Shown here in pieces: positions 26,568 to 35,740 of a stretch of DNA of 45,487 nucleotides. The number at the start of each line of letters is the position of its first letter. Position 1 is the first letter of the stretch. The stretch covers positions 1-45,487 of the forward strand of contig DAOLDC010000002.1 in assembly GCA_035327525.1 (NCBI GenBank), read 5' to 3'. A program made the position numbers and the translations under genes. The stretch comes from Minisyncoccota bacterium. GTDB taxonomy: Bacteria; Patescibacteriota; Minisyncoccia; Phycocordibacterales; JAACPR01. The notes under the pieces are model-generated. The model was not told the DNA's origin and made no database searches. It saw only the letters and a program-made list of their open reading frames with translations.

Positions 26568-27722
26568 ATGCCAAAAAACAAAAAAACACCAAAAAAAGTA
26601 AAAGTAGTAAAACCCAAAAAGGTAAAATCTACCAAGACTAGGACAAGCAAGAAGGACGATACCGAAGTAAAACTAAATAAAATTCTAGACAAAGGAAAGG
26701 AAAGGGGATTTGTAACATTTGATGAAATTTTAAAAGAATTTCCAAACATTGAAACCGAGGTTACAATGTTAACTAATCTATATGAAAAATTAGAAACATC
26801 AGGCATTGATGTTTTGGACGGTGGTGGTTTTCTGGATATCAAAGAGTCAGACGATGAATCAAAAAAATATTCATCAGGCAAATCTGCGTCACAATATGAT
26901 TCAATTCAAATGTATTTGAAAGAAATTGGCCAATATCAATTGATTGCTGCAAACGAGGAAAAAGAATTGGCAAAAAGAATTGAGTCTGGTGATTTGGAGG
27001 CAAAAAACCTACTAGCAAGAGCAAACCTAAGACTGGTTGTATCTATCGCAAAAAAATATGTTGGTAGAAGTGCCGACTTAACACTTCTGGATTTAATACA
27101 AGAGGGTAATATTGGTTTGTTCAAGGCAGTTGATAAGTTTGATTGGACTAGAGGATATAAATTTTCAACATACGCAACGTGGTGGATTAGACAGGCAATT
27201 ACCAGAGCATTGGCTGATCAGTCTAGGACTATTAGAGTACCGGTTCATATGGTAGAAACAATTGCAAAATACAAGCAAGTTTTTCGTAGATTATCCCAAG
27301 ACTTGGGTAGGGAACCGATGTCCGAGGAAATTTCTATAGAAATGGGTCTTGAAATAGAAAAAATATATACAATCGAAAAAATTGACCAAAGCACTATTTC
27401 TCTTGAAAGCCCGGTTGGTGATGATGGAGACGACAAGTCAACACTCGGAGACTTTTTGGCTGATGATGGAATATCATCTCCAGATCAGGATGCATCTCAT
27501 GTAATATTACGAGATCAGGTTCAGGATATTCTTGGCGACCTGTCAGAAAAAGAGAGAAAAATATTAGAATTAAGACACGGATTATTGGACGGTATTCAAC
27601 ATACATTAGAAGAAGTCGGCAAAAAATTCGGAGTTACTAGAGAAAGAATAAGACAGATTGAATCAAAGGCGCATGAAAAAATTCGTCAACACCCATTTTC
27701 AGATAAGCTAAAAAATTACTAA
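26568..27722 (+). CDS. rpoD: RNA polymerase primary sigma factor (sigma-70 family)
   Basis: Region 2 ([37 protein letters not shown]), region 3 and region 4 ([20 protein letters not shown]) are present. The N-terminus is Lys-rich. Confidence 0.95.
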   Translation: MPKNKKTPKKVKVVKPKKVKSTKTRTSKKDDTEVKLNKILDKGKERGFVTFDEILKEFPNIETEVTMLTNLYEKLETSGIDVLDGGGFLDIKESDDESKKYSSGKSASQYDSIQMYLKEIGQYQLIAANEEKELAKRIESGDLEAKNLLARANLRLVVSIAKKYVGRSADLTLLDLIQEGNIGLFKAVDKFDWTRGYKFSTYATWWIRQAITRALADQSRTIRVPVHMVETIAKYKQVFRRLSQDLGREPMSEEISIEMGLEIEKIYTIEKIDQSTISLESPVGDDGDDKSTLGDFLADDGISSPDQDASHVILRDQVQDILGDLSEKERKILELRHGLLDGIQHTLEEVGKKFGVTRERIRQIESKAHEKIRQHPFSDKLKNY

Positions 27723-27752
27723 AAATTTCCGACCGTAGTACGAAAATTTATA

Positions 27753-30731
27753 ATGAAAAAAAATAACGAGATAAATTTTGAAAAGTCATACAAACTTCTG
27801 AATTCGGCACAAAAAAAAGCTGTTGATTTTATTGAAGGTCCGGTGATGGTTGTGGCCGGACCAGGTACTGGGAAAACAACATTATTGTCTCTGCGCATTG
27901 CGAATATTTTGAAGGTCTCAGATGCATCACCAGAAAATATTTTGGCATTAACATTTACCAACTCTGGAGTAACGGCGATGCGAAGAAAATTAATTGAATA
28001 TATTGGCGATATAGCATATCGCGTTAATATTTTTACGTTTCATTCATTTGCCGACAACCTTATCAAAGAATTTTCTTTTTACTTCAAGAATTTGGAGAAT
28101 GCTAATGTAATTAGTGATTTGGATAAAGTAAAAATTTTAGAAGAGATTATTACTGAAAACAATTTGACCAAGCTTACTTCTACACATGATTTATTTAGTT
28201 ATTTAAATCAAATTGCAATGGCAATTGATGATATAAAAAAAGAAGGTTTGTCACCAGAGCAATTTATCAAGAGAATTCCTGCTTGGGAAAAAGAAATGTT
28301 TTCTAGCGATGATATTTATTACAAGAGGAAAATGGGCAAACATAATCCGGGTGACATAAAACCATCAGAAGAAGAAAAGATTAAGGACAAAATCGAGAAG
28401 GCTCATGAGATTGCAAGAATTTTCAAATTATATCAAGAGAAGTTAGGCGAAAAGAAACTGTATGATTTTAATGACATGATACTTAATGTTTTGAGAGAAT
28501 TAGAATCAAATCAAAATCTAAAATTAGATTTACAGGAAAAGTATCAGTATTTATTGGTAGATGAGCATCAGGATACAAATGATGGTCAAAATAGACTGAT
28601 ACATTTACTAACTGATTCCGAACACCTAAATGGTCATCCCAACTTGTTTACGGTTGGCGATGAAAAACAGTCAATTTATCGATTTCAGGGTGCAAGCGAG
28701 GAGTCTTTCAGGCATTTTAGCAATATATATAAGGACATTTTGGTAATTAATTTGACGGAAAACTATAGATCAACTCAAAATATATTGGATTCGGCATACA
28801 GTTTAATTAACAATTCAATCAAGGAAACTCCAAGGCTAAATTCCCACGAGGCAGAAAATGAGTATATAAAAATCGCTCAATTTTCAAATTACAAATTCGA
28901 ATTATTATTTTTGGCTGACGAAATAAGTAAAAAAATAAAAAACGGAATAGATCCAAGCGAAATCGCTGTAATTTATAGATCTAACAAGCAGGTAACTGAT
29001 CTAAAAAATATTTTTGTTCAAAATAAAATTCCACACACAATTTTGTCAAAAGACAATTTACTGGAGGACAAGAATATATCAAACATAATCAATATTATAA
29101 AACTAATAAATGATCCAACTAATAATAATTTACTAGCGAAAGTTTTATTTGTTGATTTTCTTGAATTTGATTCATATCAAATCATAAAGTCGATTAAGGA
29201 TTTTGATATTTTTAGTCGAGACAAAAAATGCAATTTATTCGAATTTCTGAATGATCAAAAGTTATCAAAATATTCTATTTTTGCTTCAAAAATTAAAAAA
29301 TTAAAAACACTTTCTGCGAATAGTAATTTTTCTGATTTCTTCAAGGAATTTCTACGAGAAATTGGTTATTTGGCATATATGCTTGGTTCTGATGACGGTC
29401 AGGATCAAATATTGAAATTAGACAAATTATTTGACGAAATAAAAAAACAAATTGAATCAGGAAGCGGGTATTCAATCAGTGATTTTGTAAAATTTATTGA
29501 TTCATATCAAAAATATAATTTAAATATAAGAACAGATGACCCAGAAATAATCGGTGGTGTAAATTTGATGACTGCCCATAAATCAAAGGGGCTTGAATTC
29601 GGATACGTATATATTATTAATTGCACTAGAAATAATTGGGAAAAAAGTCGTGGCATTAACAAAATAGCTTTGCCGATAAAGGATTACAAGGGTGATGTGG
29701 ATGATGAAAGGCGATTGTTCTATGTGGCAATGACTAGAGCAAAAAAAGAACTGACAATTACATCATCACTTACCGATTGGGAAGGAAAAGAAAAAGATAG
29801 ATCGCAATTTATAACTGAAATTGATGAATTATTGATAAAAAATATTCCAGTTAGTGATTTTGAAAAAAATAATATAAATAAAATGTCAGTGTTTGTTTCT
29901 TCATCAAAAGAAAAGAAGCCTATTTTGGATCAGGATTATATCAAAAATTTATTTTTAAATAATAATCTGAGTGTGACCGCGTTGAATAATTATATTGATT
30001 GTCCAAACAAATATCTGTTTCGAAGCTTGATAAAAATTCCAAGCGAATACAAACCAGAATTTGTTTTTGGAGATATTATTCACGATTCATTAGAAAATTT
30101 TTTCAAAGAAAGTAGTGAAGCAGGCAAAATCCTATCGAAGAAAAATCTAATAGATTTCTACAAAAAAAATATCAAAAAATCTAGCCTAACTGGTAAAGAC
30201 TATCAAAAATATCTTGACCGTGGCACAAAAGCACTGTCAGAATATTTCGATAAATACAAAAAAAGTTTTATTTATAATGTTTCAACAGAAAAAAAGATGT
30301 ATTCAGATTTTGTTTTAAATACCAAAAATAGCATTATTTTGAGCGGTATTTTGGACAAAGTAGAGTATTTGGATTCAAAGAACTCCGGCAAAATAAATAT
30401 TATCGATTACAAAACCGGAAAGGCGTTTTCTGACAAGGGCGATAAAAAACAAAAAGAAGACCTCAAGAGACAGTTGGTCTTTTATCACTTACTACTTGAT
30501 GGCGCTAATGATGATAAATTTATTATTAACAAAACATATTTGGATTTTATTCAAAAAAATAGTAATGATGATTTTGAGCGATACGAAATTGTTGTTTCTG
30601 ATTCTGACAAAAATGATTTGAGAGATCAAATATCAAAAATGGCAAACGAAATACTTTCCGGTGATTTTCTCAAAATGGGATGTAACAAAAAAAATTGCGA
30701 ATACTGCAGCCTTCTCAAAACACTAAAATAA
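27753..30731 (+). CDS. UvrD/PcrA-type superfamily 1 helicase fused to a C-terminal PD-(D/E)xK nuclease with four Cys (AddA/AddB- or Cas4-like)
   Basis: Helicase motifs include Walker A (AGPGTGKTT), motif II (VDEHQDTN), YRS and MTAHKSKGLEF. The C-terminal ~250 aa has YIDCPNKY, IIDYKTGK and a terminal GCNKKNCEYC. Confidence 0.85.
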   Translation: MKKNNEINFEKSYKLLNSAQKKAVDFIEGPVMVVAGPGTGKTTLLSLRIANILKVSDASPENILALTFTNSGVTAMRRKLIEYIGDIAYRVNIFTFHSFADNLIKEFSFYFKNLENANVISDLDKVKILEEIITENNLTKLTSTHDLFSYLNQIAMAIDDIKKEGLSPEQFIKRIPAWEKEMFSSDDIYYKRKMGKHNPGDIKPSEEEKIKDKIEKAHEIARIFKLYQEKLGEKKLYDFNDMILNVLRELESNQNLKLDLQEKYQYLLVDEHQDTNDGQNRLIHLLTDSEHLNGHPNLFTVGDEKQSIYRFQGASEESFRHFSNIYKDILVINLTENYRSTQNILDSAYSLINNSIKETPRLNSHEAENEYIKIAQFSNYKFELLFLADEISKKIKNGIDPSEIAVIYRSNKQVTDLKNIFVQNKIPHTILSKDNLLEDKNISNIINIIKLINDPTNNNLLAKVLFVDFLEFDSYQIIKSIKDFDIFSRDKKCNLFEFLNDQKLSKYSIFASKIKKLKTLSANSNFSDFFKEFLREIGYLAYMLGSDDGQDQILKLDKLFDEIKKQIESGSGYSISDFVKFIDSYQKYNLNIRTDDPEIIGGVNLMTAHKSKGLEFGYVYIINCTRNNWEKSRGINKIALPIKDYKGDVDDERRLFYVAMTRAKKELTITSSLTDWEGKEKDRSQFITEIDELLIKNIPVSDFEKNNINKMSVFVSSSKEKKPILDQDYIKNLFLNNNLSVTALNNYIDCPNKYLFRSLIKIPSEYKPEFVFGDIIHDSLENFFKESSEAGKILSKKNLIDFYKKNIKKSSLTGKDYQKYLDRGTKALSEYFDKYKKSFIYNVSTEKKMYSDFVLNTKNSIILSGILDKVEYLDSKNSGKINIIDYKTGKAFSDKGDKKQKEDLKRQLVFYHLLLDGANDDKFIINKTYLDFIQKNSNDDFERYEIVVSDSDKNDLRDQISKMANEILSGDFLKMGCNKKNCEYCSLLKTLK

Positions 30732-30741
30732 TGGTGAATGA

Positions 30742-31461
30742 TTATAAACTGGGTGATCTATATAATTTTATTAATTCGTCAAGTAGGGAATAGTTTTGTG
30801 GCCCAGGTAATACTAATTTTCTACCGTCTCTAGTTATCAAAATATTATATGGTGTGCCAAAATCACCATCTTGTTCATAAATTGCCAATCCATCATCAAT
30901 ATTTCTTTGGATTTTATCATTGAATTTACCGCTAGATATGCATTTTTCAAATTCACTCATATTTATTCCTGAATTTTCAACAATTTTTTTGACATCAGAC
31001 TCTGTAAAATTTATTGGTGTCTGAGTATAAACATCTGATAGAAAATTCCAGAATTTTGTTGGACCACCAATTTCGTTAACACACTCAGACATTATGGCTG
31101 TTTTCATAGAAAGAGAGTTTTTGTTTCCAATCGCTTCATCAGCAGAAAAATTTCTGTACACCCATGCAAAAGAACCATTCTTCGCATTTTCAATTACTAA
31201 TTTCATCATTGTTGGATGAAATTCCCGACAAAACTGACATGTAAAATCAGAATATTCAATCAGTATTAGATCTGCATTTGGATTTCCAATCATATGATCA
31301 CTACTACTGATCGGTTGTATAACATATGCTTGATCATTGTCTGAAATGGTGATTTTCTTTGGGTTTTTGTTGTATGTTCTTGTGTAAATTATACTAGCAG
31401 ACACAACTAGTCCAATAAGTATCAGAGAAGTACAAAATACAAAAATTTCTTTATTTTTCAT
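30742..31461 (-). CDS. Membrane-anchored DsbA-family thiol:disulfide oxidoreductase
   Basis: An N-terminal TM helix is followed by a thioredoxin-fold CxxC active site, SDFTCQFCREFH. Confidence 0.8.
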   Translation of the reverse strand: MKNKEIFVFCTSLILIGLVVSASIIYTRTYNKNPKKITISDNDQAYVIQPISSSDHMIGNPNADLILIEYSDFTCQFCREFHPTMMKLVIENAKNGSFAWVYRNFSADEAIGNKNSLSMKTAIMSECVNEIGGPTKFWNFLSDVYTQTPINFTESDVKKIVENSGINMSEFEKCISSGKFNDKIQRNIDDGLAIYEQDGDFGTPYNILITRDGRKLVLPGPQNYSLLDELIKLYRSPSL

Positions 31462-31500
31462 AATTTATATTATTTATGCTATTATTTTTACTATTATAAC

Positions 31501-32280
31501 ATGGAAATTTTAAATTTTATCATACTTGGTATAGTTCAGGGTGTAACCGAATTTTTGCCAATTTCGTCATCTGGACACCTTATACTTGCTCGTGAATTTC
31601 TAAATATTCAGACAGAATTTGGGCTAACACATGATGCAATTTTTCAGCTTGCAACCACACTGGCAGTTTGTATTTACTTTAGAAAGGATATTTATGAATT
31701 GATTAAATCAATTAATAACGGCGACTCAAATAATAAAAAACTTCTGTCGGGAATTATTATTGGAACAATTCCAGCAATTTTTTTTGGATTCATATTAGAA
31801 GGGCAAATGGATACAATTTTTCGAGACGTTAGATTGGTAGCAATAACTATGTTTGTGGGTTCAGTGATTATTTATTTCGCAGAAATTATATCAAAACAAA
31901 ATAAAGAATTGACTTTGAAAAACAGCTTTTTGATCGGACTCTTTCAATCCTTGGCACTTATTCCTGGAATGTCTAGATCCGGAATGACCATTTCCGGTGG
32001 CTTATTTCTTGGTCTAAAAAGGGAATCGGCAATTAGGTTTTCATTTTTACTATCAATTCCAATATTGATCGGTTCTGGATTAAAAAAAACATTAGATCTG
32101 TTTTCTACTGGTGCAAATAATGATTTTGGAATTTTGGTTTTTGTTGGAGCAATAGCATCCTTTGTGGTTGGAATTGCTTCGATTCATTTTCTGATATCAT
32201 ATTTGAAAAAAAATACAATGATGGTATTTGTTATTTACAGAATTATTGTTGGAATAATATTGCTTGTTGCTTTTCTTTAG
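31501..32280 (+). CDS. uppP: Undecaprenyl-diphosphate phosphatase
   Basis: The BacA/UppP motifs GIVQGVTEFLPISSSGHL and PGMSRSGMTISGG in a polytopic membrane protein. Confidence 0.93.
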   Translation: MEILNFIILGIVQGVTEFLPISSSGHLILAREFLNIQTEFGLTHDAIFQLATTLAVCIYFRKDIYELIKSINNGDSNNKKLLSGIIIGTIPAIFFGFILEGQMDTIFRDVRLVAITMFVGSVIIYFAEIISKQNKELTLKNSFLIGLFQSLALIPGMSRSGMTISGGLFLGLKRESAIRFSFLLSIPILIGSGLKKTLDLFSTGANNDFGILVFVGAIASFVVGIASIHFLISYLKKNTMMVFVIYRIIVGIILLVAFL

Positions 32281-32846
32281 AACAGACTGTTTGTGACTTT
32301 TGATTCTTCCTGTTTTTCCAACCACGACTTGGTTTCGATGGGAATTTCTATTATTTTGTCGGAATACAAATCCTTAAATTTTAGTTTTTTGTTTTTTAGT
32401 GCATATTCAAAAATGTCTTTTGTGATCAGAACATCTTCTTCGCAATATTTTATAACATCATCAACACGTCCCTGTTTCCACCACTCGACAGCCTGTATTC
32501 CGCTTGTAATTTTGTTTCTTCCAAGTGTGCCAGCAGCAACAGAATCCAATTTTATTCTACGACCAAATGACTCTTTTATACTTTTCAGAATATCAATACT
32601 TTTTTTCTCAGACAAATCACCATCATAATGTTTGTTCAATAATGGAATATCGAAATGATCAGAGTTGTACCCAACAATAGCCTCGGAATTTTGAAAAATT
32701 GGCCACATTTTAGAAAAATCCTTTTCCAAAAAGCTTTGAATTTTTTTTGTTTTACTTTCGTATACTGACACTACTGCAATATCCAAATTCATCGGATCAT
32801 CCAAAATTATGTCAGTTGTTTCTATGTCGAATACAATATAATTCAT
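32277..32846 (-). CDS. Stand-alone DEDD-type 3'-5' exonuclease (PolB-exonuclease-like)
   Basis: Exo I is FDIETTD, Exo II is GYNSDHFDIPLL, and Exo III is the Y-x3-D motif in YCEEDV. Confidence 0.7.
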   Translation of the reverse strand: MNYIVFDIETTDIILDDPMNLDIAVVSVYESKTKKIQSFLEKDFSKMWPIFQNSEAIVGYNSDHFDIPLLNKHYDGDLSEKKSIDILKSIKESFGRRIKLDSVAAGTLGRNKITSGIQAVEWWKQGRVDDVIKYCEEDVLITKDIFEYALKNKKLKFKDLYSDKIIEIPIETKSWLEKQEESKVTNSLF

Positions 32847-32853
32847 ATATTTT

Positions 32854-34086
32854 TTAGTTAGATAATTTTTCTTTTAGAAATGCAATCATTTGTTCTATTG
32901 ATAAATTATTTTCAGAACCAGATATGATATTTTTTATTTTAAATTTACCCGACTTTACCTCTTCGTCACCAACAAATATCACATAGGGAATTCCTTTTTT
33001 TTCTGCCTTTCTTATTTGATCAGATATTTTTTTGTCTTCGTAGTTAACAAAAACATCAACGCCGTTTGCTCTCAATTCATTTGCTATATTTGTTCCCGCG
33101 TCATAATTTGACTCATTAATAGTACAAACAAAAGCGTGCGCAGCAGAAATCTTTTTTGGTAATAGGTTTCTTATTTCTAGAGCATCTCTGATTGTAACAT
33201 CTCCCATTCCGAATCCAACTGTACCTATTTTTTTGCCACCAAAAATATCAAGTAAGTCATTATATCTACCGCCACCAAATAATGACCTGTTATTCTGTGG
33301 GTTTGTGTCAAAAATTTCAAATACAATTCCGGTGTAATAATCAAAACCTCTAATTAGCATTGGATCAAAAACAACATTTCTAATATTTCTACTATTTAAT
33401 TTTTCTATTAGATTCTGAATATTTTTATTTGGACTGATTGTTTCATTCAGTGGTCTACCAATAACTTCAATCATTTTTTGATTAAAATCTGACACTTTGT
33501 CTTTTTTATCAAGTAATTTTTTGAATTTTGCTTTTTGTTCTTCTGATAATTTTAGATTTATCATCAGATCCTCAATTATTTTTCTGTCGTTTATTTTTAT
33601 AACAAAATCGCTTTCCTGCAAACCAAATTTGTGCATTATTTGATAAGAAATATCTATCAATTCTAATTCAGCATAAATACTATCGATCCCAAATATGTCG
33701 ACATTCAATTGCCAGTGTTCACGCAAACGACCTTTTTGTGGTCTTTCGTATCGAAAAACATTGGGTATTGAGTACCATTTTAATGGAAAAGGCAGTGTTT
33801 TTTGCTTTTTTGCAACCATTCTAGTTATAGAGGGTGTCATTTCTGGCCTCAATGTAACGCGTCTGTTACCCCTATCAACAAATGTATAGGTTTGTTCGTT
33901 TACAATTTCGCTACTGGTTTTGCCTTCGTATATCTCGGAATGCTCCAGTATAGATGAGGAATAGTGTTCGTACCCGTAACTTTGCAATACAGAGTGCCAA
34001 ACCGAAAAAATATAATCTTGAATAAACATATCCTCTGGATAAAAATCCCTAACACCTTTATATGCATCTGTATCTATTTTTTTCAT
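32854..34086 (-). CDS. hisS: Histidyl-tRNA synthetase
   Basis: Motifs GVRDFYPEDM, LRPEMTPS, FRYERPQKGRLREHWQ and GGGRYD, plus a C-terminal anticodon-binding domain. Confidence 0.95.
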   Translation of the reverse strand: MKKIDTDAYKGVRDFYPEDMFIQDYIFSVWHSVLQSYGYEHYSSSILEHSEIYEGKTSSEIVNEQTYTFVDRGNRRVTLRPEMTPSITRMVAKKQKTLPFPLKWYSIPNVFRYERPQKGRLREHWQLNVDIFGIDSIYAELELIDISYQIMHKFGLQESDFVIKINDRKIIEDLMINLKLSEEQKAKFKKLLDKKDKVSDFNQKMIEVIGRPLNETISPNKNIQNLIEKLNSRNIRNVVFDPMLIRGFDYYTGIVFEIFDTNPQNNRSLFGGGRYNDLLDIFGGKKIGTVGFGMGDVTIRDALEIRNLLPKKISAAHAFVCTINESNYDAGTNIANELRANGVDVFVNYEDKKISDQIRKAEKKGIPYVIFVGDEEVKSGKFKIKNIISGSENNLSIEQMIAFLKEKLSN

Positions 34087-34120
34087 TGTTAATATAATTT
34101 TAGCAAAAAAACATATTTAT

Positions 34121-34129
34121 TGCTAAAAT
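34121..34129 (+). promoter_or_regulatory. Extended -10 box TGCTAAAAT 7 nt upstream of the ATG at 34137
   Basis: Read directly: TGCTAAAAT, then ATAACAC, then ATG. No SD sequence is present. Confidence 0.4.
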
Positions 34130-34136
34130 ATAACAC

Positions 34137-34382
34137 ATGGATTCAAAAATTGAAGTAGTAACAAAAAATATAGATTTATCAATAAGTCCACAATTTCTCT
34201 GGTTTCTTCTTTTAATAATTACATTAATTTTTATAATAATGTATTTTGTATTTAGATATCACTGGAAAAGTTATGGAGTAAGTGACAATCCAAAAGTTTT
34301 TGCTAGCCCATTGTTTTGGATTGTTTCGATTTTATTATTAGTAATAATGGCATTTGCAGTAACTGGTTTTGAATATTTATGA
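34137..34382 (+). CDS. Small membrane protein with two predicted TM helices, unknown function
   Basis: It has two long hydrophobic segments. Its stop overlaps the next start (ATGA), which suggests translational coupling. Confidence 0.55.
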   Translation: MDSKIEVVTKNIDLSISPQFLWFLLLIITLIFIIMYFVFRYHWKSYGVSDNPKVFASPLFWIVSILLLVIMAFAVTGFEYL

Positions 34383-34960
34383 TAAAACTAAACAACGACG
34401 AACATGTAATTTTTGAGATTAGAAAACACTGGTTCACTTTTGGTATGGAGATTGTGGCGATAGTTTTTTTGGCTTTTCTGCCGATTTTGTTATTTTTGAT
34501 TTTCAAATCATTATCAATTGGTATTAATTTGATTTCATCAACTGGTAATATAATATTTTTTTATATTTTTGTTTATTCAGCATGGTTATTCATTCTGTGG
34601 ATTGCCGGGTTTGTCTTTTGGACTGATTATTATTTGGATACATGGATTATTACCACAAAAAGAGTCATCGATATTGAACAACACGGAATGTTTAGAAGAG
34701 AAATATCGATTGTTCAGCTTGATAAAATACAAGATGTAAAAAGTGACGTGCATGGAATAATTGCAAGTATTATGAATTTTGGTGATATACATATTCAAAC
34801 CGCTGGTCAACAAAAGGAGTTCTTGATTCACGGTGTTCCGGAACCTGATAATGTTAGGCACAAACTTAACGAAGCACTGAGTAGATATAACGAGGGTTTA
34901 GCGATGACTAATTCGCAAGATAATACCCAGAACAACACACAGAATAATACTATTTCTTAG
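34379..34960 (+). CDS. Membrane protein with bacterial PH (bPH_2/YdbT-like) domain
   Basis: Two N-terminal TM helices are followed by the pattern WIITTKRVIDIEQHG...REISIVQLDKIQDV...FGDIHIQTAG, typical of bPH_2 domains. The C-terminus has an NTQNNTQNNT repeat. Confidence 0.6.
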   Translation: MIKLNNDEHVIFEIRKHWFTFGMEIVAIVFLAFLPILLFLIFKSLSIGINLISSTGNIIFFYIFVYSAWLFILWIAGFVFWTDYYLDTWIITTKRVIDIEQHGMFRREISIVQLDKIQDVKSDVHGIIASIMNFGDIHIQTAGQQKEFLIHGVPEPDNVRHKLNEALSRYNEGLAMTNSQDNTQNNTQNNTIS

Positions 34961-35651
34961 AACCAATTACACTTCTTATTGGAGCCTTTTTTATTAATTC
35001 GATTATTTCATCGTGATTATCTGTAATTTTGTACAGATCTAGGTCTGATTGGTCTATTTTTTTATTTTTTAGTAGATGTTCTTTTATAAATTTATCCAAA
35101 TCATTCCAAAAATAAGATCCAACAAGTAAAACCGGTACCGGTTCTATTTTGCCAGTTTGTACCAATGTTAATATTTCAAATAATTCATCTAATGTTCCGA
35201 ACCCTCCCGGAAAATAAACATACGCTTCTGCGGAAAAAGATAAACAAACTTTTCTACTAAAAAAATATTCAAATTCCATTCCTGCCGTAATGTATGGATT
35301 TGCATTTTGCTCTTGTGGTAATTTGATATTCAAACCAAGCGATTCGCCACCAACATCAAAAGATCCACGATTTGCTGCCTCCATTATTCCACCAGAACCA
35401 CCAGTTACAATTGCGTAACCGGTTTCCTTAGAAATCCTAGATGCTAATTTTCTTGCATTAATATAATCTGGGTCATCATCAGAGTTTCTAGCTGATCCGA
35501 AAAAAGTAACGCTTTTTTCGTGTTTTTTTATAAAATCAAAGCCATCCCTAAATTCCTTTTCTATTACTTCGATTTTTTTATTCAACGCCTGATCTATTTT
35601 TTCCAGAGTTAATGTTTCGTAATGTGGCTTTTGTTTATTTTTTTCATCCAT
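34950..35651 (-). CDS. LOG family / TIGR00730 nucleotide 5'-monophosphate nucleosidase-like protein
   Basis: Motifs VTGGSGGIMEAANRG and PGGFGTLDELFE. Confidence 0.85.
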   Translation of the reverse strand: MDEKNKQKPHYETLTLEKIDQALNKKIEVIEKEFRDGFDFIKKHEKSVTFFGSARNSDDDPDYINARKLASRISKETGYAIVTGGSGGIMEAANRGSFDVGGESLGLNIKLPQEQNANPYITAGMEFEYFFSRKVCLSFSAEAYVYFPGGFGTLDELFEILTLVQTGKIEPVPVLLVGSYFWNDLDKFIKEHLLKNKKIDQSDLDLYKITDNHDEIIELIKKAPIRSVIGSKK

Positions 35652-35740
35652 AATGATTTATATTGTAAACTACAAAAAAGTCTTTGCAAGGTAATTATGT
35701 TTTCAAAAGCATTTTTATAGGATATGCTGTGTGAATAAAT

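Noticed and set aside
35652-35740. A possible preQ1 riboswitch upstream of tgt.
   Set aside because: I found no compact stem-loop followed by the A-rich tail pattern I associate with preQ1-I, only AT-rich promoter-like sequence. tgt is also not a typical preQ1-riboswitch target.
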